Below the pieces are notes generated by a model that was given only the letters and a program-made list of their open reading frames with translations, did no database searches and was not told where the DNA came from. 64,000 nucleotides of DNA, taken from positions 24,209 to 88,208 of the forward strand of contig CAZRKC010000003.1 of NCBI GenBank assembly GCA_964600665.1, in the 5' to 3' direction. How positions within the stretch are numbered: position 1 is the first letter of the stretch; each line of letters starts with the position of its first letter. Positions 18,864 through 26,302 of the stretch are shown one piece after another. This DNA comes from an uncultured Candidatus Sumerlaeota bacterium (GTDB lineage Bacteria > Bacillota > SLNR01). Both the position numbers and the translations under genes were made by a program.

Positions 18864-19003
18864 GCTGGGTGGAATCGTAAATCTGTATTGTCCGAAAGGA
18901 GTCTGCCCGGTGAATTGCGAATATAGCAAATAACAGGTCGCCCGTGTCCGGTTCGGTTCCGGACGGAGAGCACCGTTGACGAAAACAGAGGGAGGAACCA
19001 AAG

Positions 19004-19582
19004 ATGAATGTGTTTGATGCCATCACCACCCGGCGGACGATCCGCAAATATGACCAAACAAAGCCCGTACCTTCAGAACTGCTGACCAAGGCAGTGGAAT
19101 GCGCCCGCATGGCTCCCACCGGAGGCAATTTCCAGTCCTTGAAGTTTGCCATCGTGGAAAACCCGAAAATGGTGGAGGATATTTTCTATATCACCAAATG
19201 GGGGATGCATCTGCCTGATGGATCAGCGACCCCTAAAGCAGGCGAATTGCCCACCGCTTTTGTGTTTATTCTGCATGACAAAACCATCAGCTCGGCAGTC
19301 CCCAATAATGACGCCGGTGCCGCTGCACAAAGCATGATGGTGTACGCCTGGAGTGAAGGTGTAGCCAGCTGCTGGATCGGCAACATCGACCGGGCCAAGG
19401 CAACAGAAATGATGCGGCTTCCGGAGAATCTCACCATCCACACCCTGGTGGCCTTCGGTTATCCGGCTATGGTGGCCCATCCGGAAGACCTGCAAGGGAC
19501 AGACACCAAATACTTCTATCGGGACGGGGAATTTATCGTACCGAAACGGAAATTTGAAGACATTACCTTGCGTTACAAGTAG
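19004..19582 (+). CDS. Nitroreductase-family (FMN) protein
   Basis: 192 aa with the typical N-terminus FDAITTRRTIRKYD. RBS GAGGGAGGA. Confidence 0.8.
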   Translation: MNVFDAITTRRTIRKYDQTKPVPSELLTKAVECARMAPTGGNFQSLKFAIVENPKMVEDIFYITKWGMHLPDGSATPKAGELPTAFVFILHDKTISSAVPNNDAGAAAQSMMVYAWSEGVASCWIGNIDRAKATEMMRLPENLTIHTLVAFGYPAMVAHPEDLQGTDTKYFYRDGEFIVPKRKFEDITLRYK

Positions 19583-19587
19583 AGAAG

Positions 19588-19615
19588 AAGGGCACCAGCT
19601 GGTGCCCTTTCTGTA
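19588..19615 (+). terminator. Rho-independent terminator
   Basis: AAGGGCACCAGCTGGTGCCCTT hairpin followed by a T-rich tail. Confidence 0.7.
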
Positions 19616-19812
19616 TAAAAAGAACATTCTTCGCCGATCACATGAGCTAAAACAGCAATTGTCGGCAGGCCTGTGTGTGACATGTTTATGCTGTGGGATG
19701 AATGGGCCATCCGGCATCAATAGAGCTGCACGGATGCACCCGCAAGACCGAGGGTTCATGCCTCGGGAACGATAAATAGAAAGATGATGGCGGATCAAAT
19801 GGAGGGGTTCCC

Positions 19813-20691
19813 ATGCGCGCACTCATACTCTGCTACTCTCTTTACGGAACCACCCGCCGGGTTGCAGACAGCATTGCAGGGGGTTTGACGGCAGCCGGAT
19901 ACCAGGTGGATATCCAGACGATTCAGAAAGACCGGAGCCCCGATCTGGCAGGATATGACCTGGTCGGTGTGGGGGCACCCGTCTATTATTTCAAGCTTCC
20001 CATCCATGTTATGCAGATGATTCGCCTGTTGCCGCCCTTGAAGACGCGACCGGTTTTCGGCTTTATGACCTACGGCAGTGTTGCCTGGAATGCAGGGCAG
20101 ATGCTCCATGATGCCCTTGAGGCCGCCGGCGGGAACTGCCTCGGTGTCTTCATGTGCCGGGGAAACGGGGTGTACTATCCATATAACCGTCAGGGTTGGC
20201 TGGCGTCCCACGGCCATCCGGATCTGGAGGATCTCAGCGCCGCTGTGACCTTCGGAACACAGGTGGGACAAGGGCAACAGCTTCCGGTTGCCGCTGCCGG
20301 TGTCAAGCCACCACCGTTGGTTTACTGGTTGGAGCAGCGCATGACCGCACCTGTCATCATCCGCGGGGTTTTGCAGCGTTTGTTTCGTTTGCACAAGCAC
20401 CGCTGCATTCGCTGCGGCCGCTGTGCGGCTCAGTGTCCGGTGGCAAATATCCGGCTGGAGGACGGCGGTTATCCCCGCTGGGGTCACGCCTGTATCCTGT
20501 GTTTAAACTGTGAGGCTGTCTGTCCCAAAGAGGCCATCGTCTCCCCCCTGAGCTGGCGGGTGATCCAACCCATGATCCGGTACAATGTGCGAGGACTCCA
20601 AAAAGATCCCGCCATTGAGTTGGTGCGGGTGCGCCACCGCTACGGGCGGCTGAAATATCTGGATGAGCCAAACCAAAATAGACGGCTGTGA
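19813..20691 (+). CDS. Flavodoxin-like domain fused to 2x[4Fe-4S] ferredoxin domain (EFR1-type)
   Basis: N-terminal ALILCYSLYGTTRRVA flavodoxin-like start; C-terminal CIRCGRCAAQCP and CILCLNCEAVCP clusters. Confidence 0.75.
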   Translation: MRALILCYSLYGTTRRVADSIAGGLTAAGYQVDIQTIQKDRSPDLAGYDLVGVGAPVYYFKLPIHVMQMIRLLPPLKTRPVFGFMTYGSVAWNAGQMLHDALEAAGGNCLGVFMCRGNGVYYPYNRQGWLASHGHPDLEDLSAAVTFGTQVGQGQQLPVAAAGVKPPPLVYWLEQRMTAPVIIRGVLQRLFRLHKHRCIRCGRCAAQCPVANIRLEDGGYPRWGHACILCLNCEAVCPKEAIVSPLSWRVIQPMIRYNVRGLQKDPAIELVRVRHRYGRLKYLDEPNQNRRL

Positions 20692-20730
20692 TGCAAGCTG
20701 CAAATTGACGGCCCAAAATGCAATTTGTCC

Positions 20731-20759
20731 TTGACATAACCTCGGGTATCTGTTGTAAT
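20731..20759 (+). promoter_or_regulatory. Sigma-A-type promoter upstream of the tRNA-tuf unit
   Basis: TTGACA (20731-20736), 17-nt spacer, TGTAAT (20754-20759). Confidence 0.5.
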
Positions 20760-20814
20760 ATATATGCAGTTGTGTTGCCGAACCCGCTGCGTGCATCCAC
20801 TGAATCATGAATAT

Positions 20815-20900
20815 GGAGAGGTTCCCGAGTTGGCCAAAGGGGGCAGACTGTAAATCTGCTAGCAGCGCTTTCGCTGGTTCGAATCCAGCCCTCTCCACCA
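20815..20900 (+). tRNA. tRNA-Tyr (anticodon GTA), class II with long variable arm, CCA encoded
   Basis: Acceptor GGAGAGG/CCTCTCC, anticodon arm GCAGA-CTGTAAA-TCTGC, T-loop GGTTCGAATCC, 3-prime ACCA. Confidence 0.9.
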
Positions 20901-20916
20901 TCGCATACTCATGCGG

Positions 20917-20992
20917 GCCCACGTAGCTCAGTCGGCAGAGCGTATCCTTGGTAAGGATAAGGTCACCGGTTCAATCCCGGTCGTGGGCTCCA
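20917..20992 (+). tRNA. tRNA-Thr (anticodon GGT), CCA encoded
   Basis: Acceptor GCCCACG/CGTGGGC, D-arm AGCTCAGTCGGCAGAGC, anticodon loop TTGGTAA, T-loop GGTTCAATCC. Confidence 0.9.
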
Positions 20993-21139
20993 TTTTTGTT
21001 GGATAGCCAGTGACCGCATCAGAGAAGGAAAAGCACGATTTCTGTAGAAATCAACTCCACAGTCCATCTCGATTAAGGTCTGTGATTTTTGGCATATAGG
21101 TTTGAAGACTTGAATACATTATCGCTGTGAAACGACGAA

Positions 21140-22356
21140 AAGGAGGAAAAGAACAATGGCAAAGAAGAAGTTTGAAAGAACGAAGCCGCATGTAAATGTA
21201 GGGACGATCGGGCATGTGGACCATGGGAAGACGACGCTGACAGCGGCGATCACCATGTGTCTGGCGAAATCCGGGATGTCGGAAGTAATGAGTTACGATA
21301 TGATCGACAAAGCGCCGGAGGAACGGGAACGAGGGATCACGATCAACACGGCGCATGTGGAATATGAGACGACCAAACGGCATTACGCCCATGTTGACTG
21401 TCCGGGACACGCGGACTATGTAAAGAACATGATCACCGGAGCCGCACAGATGGACGGGGCGATCCTGGTGGTATCCGCCGCAGACGGCCCGATGCCGCAG
21501 ACCCGGGAACACATATTGCTGGCGAGACAGGTCGGGGTACCCAACATAGTGGTCTTTTTGAACAAGGCCGACATGGTGGATGATCCGGAACTGATGGAAC
21601 TGGTGGAGATGGAAGTCCGGGAATTGCTGAGCATGTACGAATTTCCGGGAGACGATATTCCGGTGATTCCGGGATCAGCCCTCAAGGCGATGAACTGCGC
21701 CTGCGGCAGCCGGGAATGTGAAGACTGCAAAGCGATCTGGGAACTGATGGATGCAGTGGACTCCTACATACCGACCCCGATTCGTGACACAGACAAACCC
21801 TTCATGATGGCGATCGAAGATGTGTTTACGATCACCGGACGAGGGACAGTGGTCACCGGTCGAATCGAGCGGGGGATGGTCAAAGTCGGGGATGAAGTGG
21901 AGATCGTCGGGTTTACAGAAAAGCCGCGGAAAGTCGTGGTCACAGGCGTGGAAATGTTCCGCAAGCTGCTGGATCAGGCAGTGGCCGGGGACAATGTGGG
22001 CACATTGCTTCGGGGAGTGGACAAGAATGATGTGGAACGGGGTCAGGTATTGGCCAAGCCGGGATCCATCAAACCCCACACCAAGTTTCAGGCGAATGTG
22101 TATGTGCTGTCCAAAGAAGAAGGCGGCCGGCACACACCGTTTTTCAATGGTTATCGGCCCCAGTTTTACTTCCGGACCACGGATGTAACGGGGATGATCA
22201 AGTTACCGGAAGGCGTGGAAATGGTCATGCCGGGGGACAACATCACCATGGGGATCGAACTGATCACCCCCATCGCCGTCGAAGAAGGCCTTCGGTTTGC
22301 GATTCGTGAAGGCGGACGGACTGTAGGCGCCGGTGTGGTTGCCACCATCGACTGAT
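21140..22356 (+). repeat. 1217-bp direct repeat, copy 1 (RBS plus the entire tuf gene)
   Basis: Line-by-line comparison with 37440-38656 (offset exactly 16300) shows only two differences, at 22277 C/T and 22325 A/G. Both are synonymous. Confidence 0.95.
21156..22355 (+). CDS. tuf: Elongation factor Tu, copy 1
   Basis: 399 aa with [14 protein letters not shown] and NKAD GTPase motifs. Confidence 0.97.
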   Translation: MAKKKFERTKPHVNVGTIGHVDHGKTTLTAAITMCLAKSGMSEVMSYDMIDKAPEERERGITINTAHVEYETTKRHYAHVDCPGHADYVKNMITGAAQMDGAILVVSAADGPMPQTREHILLARQVGVPNIVVFLNKADMVDDPELMELVEMEVRELLSMYEFPGDDIPVIPGSALKAMNCACGSRECEDCKAIWELMDAVDSYIPTPIRDTDKPFMMAIEDVFTITGRGTVVTGRIERGMVKVGDEVEIVGFTEKPRKVVVTGVEMFRKLLDQAVAGDNVGTLLRGVDKNDVERGQVLAKPGSIKPHTKFQANVYVLSKEEGGRHTPFFNGYRPQFYFRTTDVTGMIKLPEGVEMVMPGDNITMGIELITPIAVEEGLRFAIREGGRTVGAGVVATID

Positions 22357-22414
22357 TTGTGTTGTCAATAAGACTGCCGCTGCCGGGTATGAGAAATATT
22401 TCCCAGACGGTGTC

Positions 22415-22443
22415 TTGACTTTCAATGGGTTGTATGTTAAATT
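22415..22443 (+). promoter_or_regulatory. Sigma-A-type promoter upstream of rpmG-secE-nusG
   Basis: TTGACT (22415-22420), 17-nt spacer, TGtTAAATT extended -10 (22438-22443). Confidence 0.5.
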
Positions 22444-22495
22444 TATATGGCGGCAGTTGCAGAAAATGGTTGCTGCGTTTTAGGAGGTGGCTATC

Positions 22496-22645
22496 ATGCG
22501 GGTGCAGATCACCCTAGCTTGCGGCGAATGTAAACGCCGGAACTACATCACAACAAAAAACAAGAAGAACGATGCAAACCGGATCGAAATGAAGAAGTAC
22601 TGCGGACATTGCAAAGTTCATACGCTACACAAAGAAACACGGTAA
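22496..22645 (+). CDS. rpmG: Ribosomal protein L33 (zinc-ribbon form)
   Basis: Hand-translated 49 aa: [55 protein letters not shown] lies upstream. It is below the ORF-track cutoff. Confidence 0.9.
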   Translation: MRVQITLACGECKRRNYITTKNKKNDANRIEMKKYCGHCKVHTLHKETR

Positions 22646-22773
22646 GGCTGTCAACACTCACATAAAGTATCGTGAAGGCTCGCAGTTCCCATACCGGGAG
22701 CAGGGCTCCATCGCTTTTGGGGGTTGGAGCCCATTGCGGGCCTTTGTATATTTCCATATAAGGATGTGAAGTG

Positions 22774-22974
22774 ATGAATCGGATCACTAAATTTCTGGAG
22801 CGGACGAAACGATTTTTCCGGGAACTGCGCTCTGAGCTGAAGAAAGTTGTCTGGCCGACCCGCAAGGAAACCATTCAGTACACGGTCATCGTGGTTACAT
22901 CCGTGGCCGTTATTTCGGTATTTATATGGATGGTCGACTCAGTGTTCAGCGGACTGCTGCGCCTGATAATTTAG
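22774..22974 (+). CDS. secE: Preprotein translocase subunit SecE
   Basis: RFFRELRSELKKVVWPTRKET motif plus a single C-terminal TM segment. The gene sits before nusG. Confidence 0.9.
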   Translation: MNRITKFLERTKRFFRELRSELKKVVWPTRKETIQYTVIVVTSVAVISVFIWMVDSVFSGLLRLII

Positions 22975-23024
22975 CAGATTAGGGGGTGGGGGCCCGGTTG
23001 CGGCAAGATGGAGGGTCCCTTTTT

Positions 23025-23549
23025 ATGGAAAAGTACTGGTATGTAGTCCATACGTATTCCGGCTATGAGAACAAAGTTAAAGCCAATTTGGAAAAGCGGG
23101 TCGAGTCCATGAACATGCAGGACAAGATTTTCCGCGTCTTAGTTCCCATGGAGGAAGAAGTCGAAATTAAAAACGGCAAAAAGAAAATCACCAAGAAGAA
23201 GGTCTTCCCTGGATACGTCCTGGTGGAGATGATCGTCACGGACGATTCCTGGTATGTGGTGCGGAATACTCCCGGTGTCACCGGCTTTGTCGGCTCCGGA
23301 TCCAAACCCATATCATTGCAGGACAGTGAAGTCCGGGCTATCATGCGCCAGATGGGGATGGAGGAAGCCCGACCCAAGGTGGCATTCCAGCTGCGAGAGA
23401 CTGTCAAGGTGATCACCGGTCCTTTTGACGGTTTTGTGGGGACCATTGATGACATTAATGCCGAGCGGGGGAAACTAAAGGTCCGGGTCTCGATGTTTGG
23501 CCGGGAAACGCCCCTGGAATTGGATTTTTCACAGGTGCAGAAGCTTTAA
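23025..23549 (+). CDS. nusG: Transcription termination/antitermination factor NusG
   Basis: MEKYWYVVHTYSGYENKV NGN start and KOW region GPFDGFVGTI. ATG 23025 is preferred over 22986. Confidence 0.93.
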   Translation: MEKYWYVVHTYSGYENKVKANLEKRVESMNMQDKIFRVLVPMEEEVEIKNGKKKITKKKVFPGYVLVEMIVTDDSWYVVRNTPGVTGFVGSGSKPISLQDSEVRAIMRQMGMEEARPKVAFQLRETVKVITGPFDGFVGTIDDINAERGKLKVRVSMFGRETPLELDFSQVQKL

Positions 23550-23627
23550 CGACTGACACGGTTCCAGCAGGGACACCTTGTTGGGGCTTTTTTGTTGAAT
23601 GGTTTGCATGCAAAGGAGGTGAAACAT

Positions 23628-24053
23628 ATGGCAAAGAAAGTGATCGGTATGGTCAAGTTGCAGATTCCGGCAGGTAAAGCCAATCCTGCGCCCCCCGTCG
23701 GTCCGGCATTGGGACAGCACGGTGTGAATATTATGGGATTTTGCAAAGAGTTCAATGAACGCACTGCTCCCCAGATAGGTCTGATCATTCCAGTGGAGAT
23801 CACCGTTTTTGCAGACAGGTCATTCTCCTTCATCTGCAAAACACCCCCGGCCGCGATTCTGCTGAAAAAAGCAGCGGGTATCGAACGGGCTTCCGGTGAA
23901 CCCAACAAAAAGAAGATTGGCAAAGTGTCCATCGCCAAAGTCAGGGAAATCGCCGAGACTAAGATGGAAGATTTAAACGCTGCCTCAGTGGAAGCTGCGA
24001 TGCGGATGGTTGAAGGCACAGCCCGGAGCATGGGCATCGAAATCGAAAAGTAA
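23628..24053 (+). CDS. rplK: Ribosomal protein L11
   Basis: [30 protein letters not shown] 23628 follows AAGGAGG. Confidence 0.95.
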   Translation: MAKKVIGMVKLQIPAGKANPAPPVGPALGQHGVNIMGFCKEFNERTAPQIGLIIPVEITVFADRSFSFICKTPPAAILLKKAAGIERASGEPNKKKIGKVSIAKVREIAETKMEDLNAASVEAAMRMVEGTARSMGIEIEK

Positions 24054-24104
24054 GCAAATCGTGGGAGGATATGATCCGCTAATACCACAAAGGAGGAACG
24101 TCAA

Positions 24105-24809
24105 ATGGCTAAAGAAGGCAAAAACCACAAGCAAGCCGCGGAAAAAGTTGACCGCGAAAAATTGTATGAAGCAACAGAAGCCCTGTCTCTGGTAAAGGAA
24201 ATTGCCAGCGCGAAATTCGACGAATCCGTCGAAGCGGCAGTCCGTCTGGGTGTCAATCCCAAATATGCGGATCAAATGGTCCGGGGTACTGTGGTACTCC
24301 CCCATGGCACAGGGAAAACGAAAAGTGTTCTGGTCTTCGCCAAAGGCGACAAAGCCAAAGAAGCCGAAGCAGCAGGAGCAGATTTTGTAGGCGCGGAAGA
24401 TATGGTTGCCAAGATCGAAGGCGGTTGGACGGATTTTGATGTTGCAGTAGCGACCCCGGACATGATGGGGACGGTGGGGAAACTGGGTCGGATTTTAGGG
24501 CCCAAAGGGCTCATGCCCAACCCGAAAACCGGCACTGTGACTTTTGAAGTCAAGAATGCCATCGAAGAGATCAAAGCGGGTAAAATCGAGTACCGCGTTG
24601 ACAAGGCGGGAATTGTTCACGCCCCCATCGGCAAAGTATCATTTACGATGGAAAAACTCAGCGAAAACCTCTCAGTCCTCATGGATGCTCTGAACAAGGC
24701 TAAACCGGCCAGTTCCAAGGGCAACTATTTGCGGAGCCTGACGGTGTCTTCCACCATGGGCCCCGGTATCCGGGTGAACCCGGTGGGCGTTGAGAAACTC
24801 AATTCATAA
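24105..24809 (+). CDS. rplA: Ribosomal protein L1
   Basis: 234 aa with L1-typical [16 protein letters not shown] and [11 protein letters not shown]. Confidence 0.95.
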   Translation: MAKEGKNHKQAAEKVDREKLYEATEALSLVKEIASAKFDESVEAAVRLGVNPKYADQMVRGTVVLPHGTGKTKSVLVFAKGDKAKEAEAAGADFVGAEDMVAKIEGGWTDFDVAVATPDMMGTVGKLGRILGPKGLMPNPKTGTVTFEVKNAIEEIKAGKIEYRVDKAGIVHAPIGKVSFTMEKLSENLSVLMDALNKAKPASSKGNYLRSLTVSSTMGPGIRVNPVGVEKLNS

Positions 24810-24821
24810 GCGGTAAGCGTA

Positions 24822-24850
24822 TTGACTGGCTGGCAGCCTCATGATATAAT
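24822..24850 (+). promoter_or_regulatory. Sigma-A-type promoter of rplJL
   Basis: TTGACT (24822-24827), 17-nt spacer, TGaTATAAT (24845-24850). Confidence 0.6.
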
Positions 24851-25017
24851 GCCAAAGGTAAGTACATAAGTTTGCAATGCCGTAGACAGCAGGTACATGG
24901 TTTAATGGCTCTGGCCACCTGCCGAGGCGTGGAGAAACATATCGGATGGTATGGATTCCTCTGCGTGTCTGCGCAGAGGATTTATTTTTTGACATAAGTA
25001 AGAAGGAGGTGGATGGA
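24851..25017 (+). ncRNA. L10-leader-type 5-prime UTR with attenuator hairpin
   Basis: ~165-nt leader. CCTCTGCG/CGCAGAGG hairpin (24958-24979) followed by ATTTATTTTTT, immediately before the rplJ RBS. A leader regulated by L10(L12) is established for Firmicutes. Confidence 0.55.
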
Positions 25018-25539
25018 ATGAGTATACGTTCAGAGAAGGAAGCTGTTGTCAGTGAAGTCAGAGAAAAGCTTGACAAGGCGAAGTCAGTGGTCCTGACGGA
25101 CTACCGCGGTCTGAATGTGGCCGAAGTAACACTCCTTCGTAAAAAATTACGGGAAGCAAAAGTGGAATACCGGGTCATTAAGAACACCATGACCCGATTT
25201 GCTGCGAAAGATCTGGGGTTGGAAGCCATGGACCCCTATCTGGAAGGGCCGACCGCACTCGCATTCAGTTATGAAGATCCGGCAGCCGCGCCCAAGATTT
25301 TGACCGAGTTTGCCAAAACCAGCAAGAAATTGACCATCAAAGGCGGCATGATCGAAGGCAAGGTCATCGATGAAATCGGTGTCCAGACCCTGGCAGATCT
25401 GCCCCCGCGGGAAGTCTTGCTTTCGATGGTACTCGCCGGGATCCAGACCCCCATCGTCAACTGGGTCAGTGTCCTCAACGCTCCTATCCGTGGCTTTATT
25501 TACGCCCTGGATGGCGTGCGTAAGCAGAAAGAAGCGTAA
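25018..25539 (+). CDS. rplJ: Ribosomal protein L10
   Basis: 173 aa. ATG 25018 follows GAAGGAGGTGG. The gene sits between rplA and rplL. Confidence 0.93.
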   Translation: MSIRSEKEAVVSEVREKLDKAKSVVLTDYRGLNVAEVTLLRKKLREAKVEYRVIKNTMTRFAAKDLGLEAMDPYLEGPTALAFSYEDPAAAPKILTEFAKTSKKLTIKGGMIEGKVIDEIGVQTLADLPPREVLLSMVLAGIQTPIVNWVSVLNAPIRGFIYALDGVRKQKEA

Positions 25540-25583
25540 GTTAATCCATACAGATGAGATACGAAGAAGGAGGTGAAATATTA

Positions 25584-25967
25584 ATGGCAACTTTAACGAA
25601 AGATCAGATTCTCGAAGCGATCGAAACCATGACAGTGCTGGAACTAGCTGAACTGGTGAAAGCGTTTGAAGAGAAGTTTGGAGTATCTGCTGCTGCTCCG
25701 GTGGCAGTCGCTGCTGCCGCTCCGGTAAACGCTGCTGCAGTTGTGGAAGTTGAACAGACCGAATTCGATGTCATCCTGACAGGTGCAGGTGAAAAGAAGA
25801 TTCAGGTCATCAAAGTCGTCCGTGAATTGACCAGTCTGGGTCTGAAGGAAGCAAAAGACCTGGTGGATGGCGCTCCCAAGGCAGTGAAAGAAAAAGTCAG
25901 TAAAGATGAAGCTGAAGCGGCAAAAGCCAAGCTTGAAGAAGCGGGTGCATCTGTCGAAGTGAAGTAA
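25584..25967 (+). CDS. rplL: Ribosomal protein L7/L12
   Basis: Ala-rich hinge and C-terminal [13 protein letters not shown]...[12 protein letters not shown]. Confidence 0.95.
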   Translation: MATLTKDQILEAIETMTVLELAELVKAFEEKFGVSAAAPVAVAAAAPVNAAAVVEVEQTEFDVILTGAGEKKIQVIKVVRELTSLGLKEAKDLVDGAPKAVKEKVSKDEAEAAKAKLEEAGASVEVK

Positions 25968-25997
25968 TCCAAGGATTAGTTGGATGTATACAGCCAT

Positions 25998-26027
25998 AAA
26001 GACACTCTCAGTCAGGGTGTCTTTTTG
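25998..26027 (+). terminator. Rho-independent terminator after rplL
   Basis: AGACACTCT/AGGGTGTCT 9-bp stem (one G-U pair) followed by TTTTT. Confidence 0.7.
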
Positions 26028-26058
26028 GCTTAACACTTGCGAAAATAAGTGGATTTGT

Positions 26059-26087
26059 TTGACATATATGATGACTTGTGATATTAT
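26059..26087 (+). promoter_or_regulatory. Sigma-A-type promoter of rpoBC
   Basis: TTGACA (26059-26064), 17-nt spacer, TGaTATTAT (26082-26087). Confidence 0.55.
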
Positions 26088-26187
26088 AATTTATTGCCAT
26101 AAGAATAATTATTGGCGTCAAAACGGCGATTTGCATCTCGTCACAACCGGGGAATTTCCCCGGCGAAATAGACGGAGGCGAAAAGCG

Positions 26188-26238
26188 ATGATAGGAAGCG
26201 ATGTGTTTAAAGTAAGCAGTAAAACATCAAGCTTATAG
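26188..26238 (+). other. Candidate 16-codon leader ORF in the rpoB 5-prime UTR
   Basis: GGAGG (26174-26178) lies 9 nt before ATG 26188. The peptide is MIGSDVFKVSSKTSSL. The stop TAG 26236-26238 lies inside the 5-prime arm of the downstream hairpin. Confidence 0.3.
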
Positions 26239-26270
26239 GGAGAGAATTTCTTATAAGCTTAATTTATTTT
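26229..26270 (+). terminator. Terminator-like hairpin (possible attenuator) in the rpoB leader
   Basis: AAGCTTATA/TATAAGCTT 9-bp AT-rich stem with a 14-nt loop, followed by AATTTATTTT. The stem is weak. Confidence 0.35.
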
Positions 26271-26302
26271 ACTACCGATCTTGAAATAGGGGGAACGATT
26301 AC

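Noticed and set aside
18864-19003. Possible riboswitch in the nitroreductase leader. GGTTCCGGACGGAGAG is loosely reminiscent of the ykkC/guanidine-I GGUUCCGG...GGUCCGAGAG.
   Set aside because: Only a short partial match exists. The second conserved half (ACGG.GGGA.AAAAGCCCGGGAG) is absent, and the gene context is atypical.
19223-20487. Minus-strand ORFs 19223-19822 (199 aa) and 19795-20487 (230 aa).
   Set aside because: They lie antisense to the nitroreductase and the flavodoxin-ferredoxin genes, both of which have clear motifs, RBSs and terminators.
25984-26238. 84-aa + ORF covering the rplL terminator, the rpoB promoter and the leader.
   Set aside because: It spans a terminator and a promoter, so it cannot be one translated unit. 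Only its last 16 codons, which have their own SD and ATG, were kept as a leader-peptide hypothesis.
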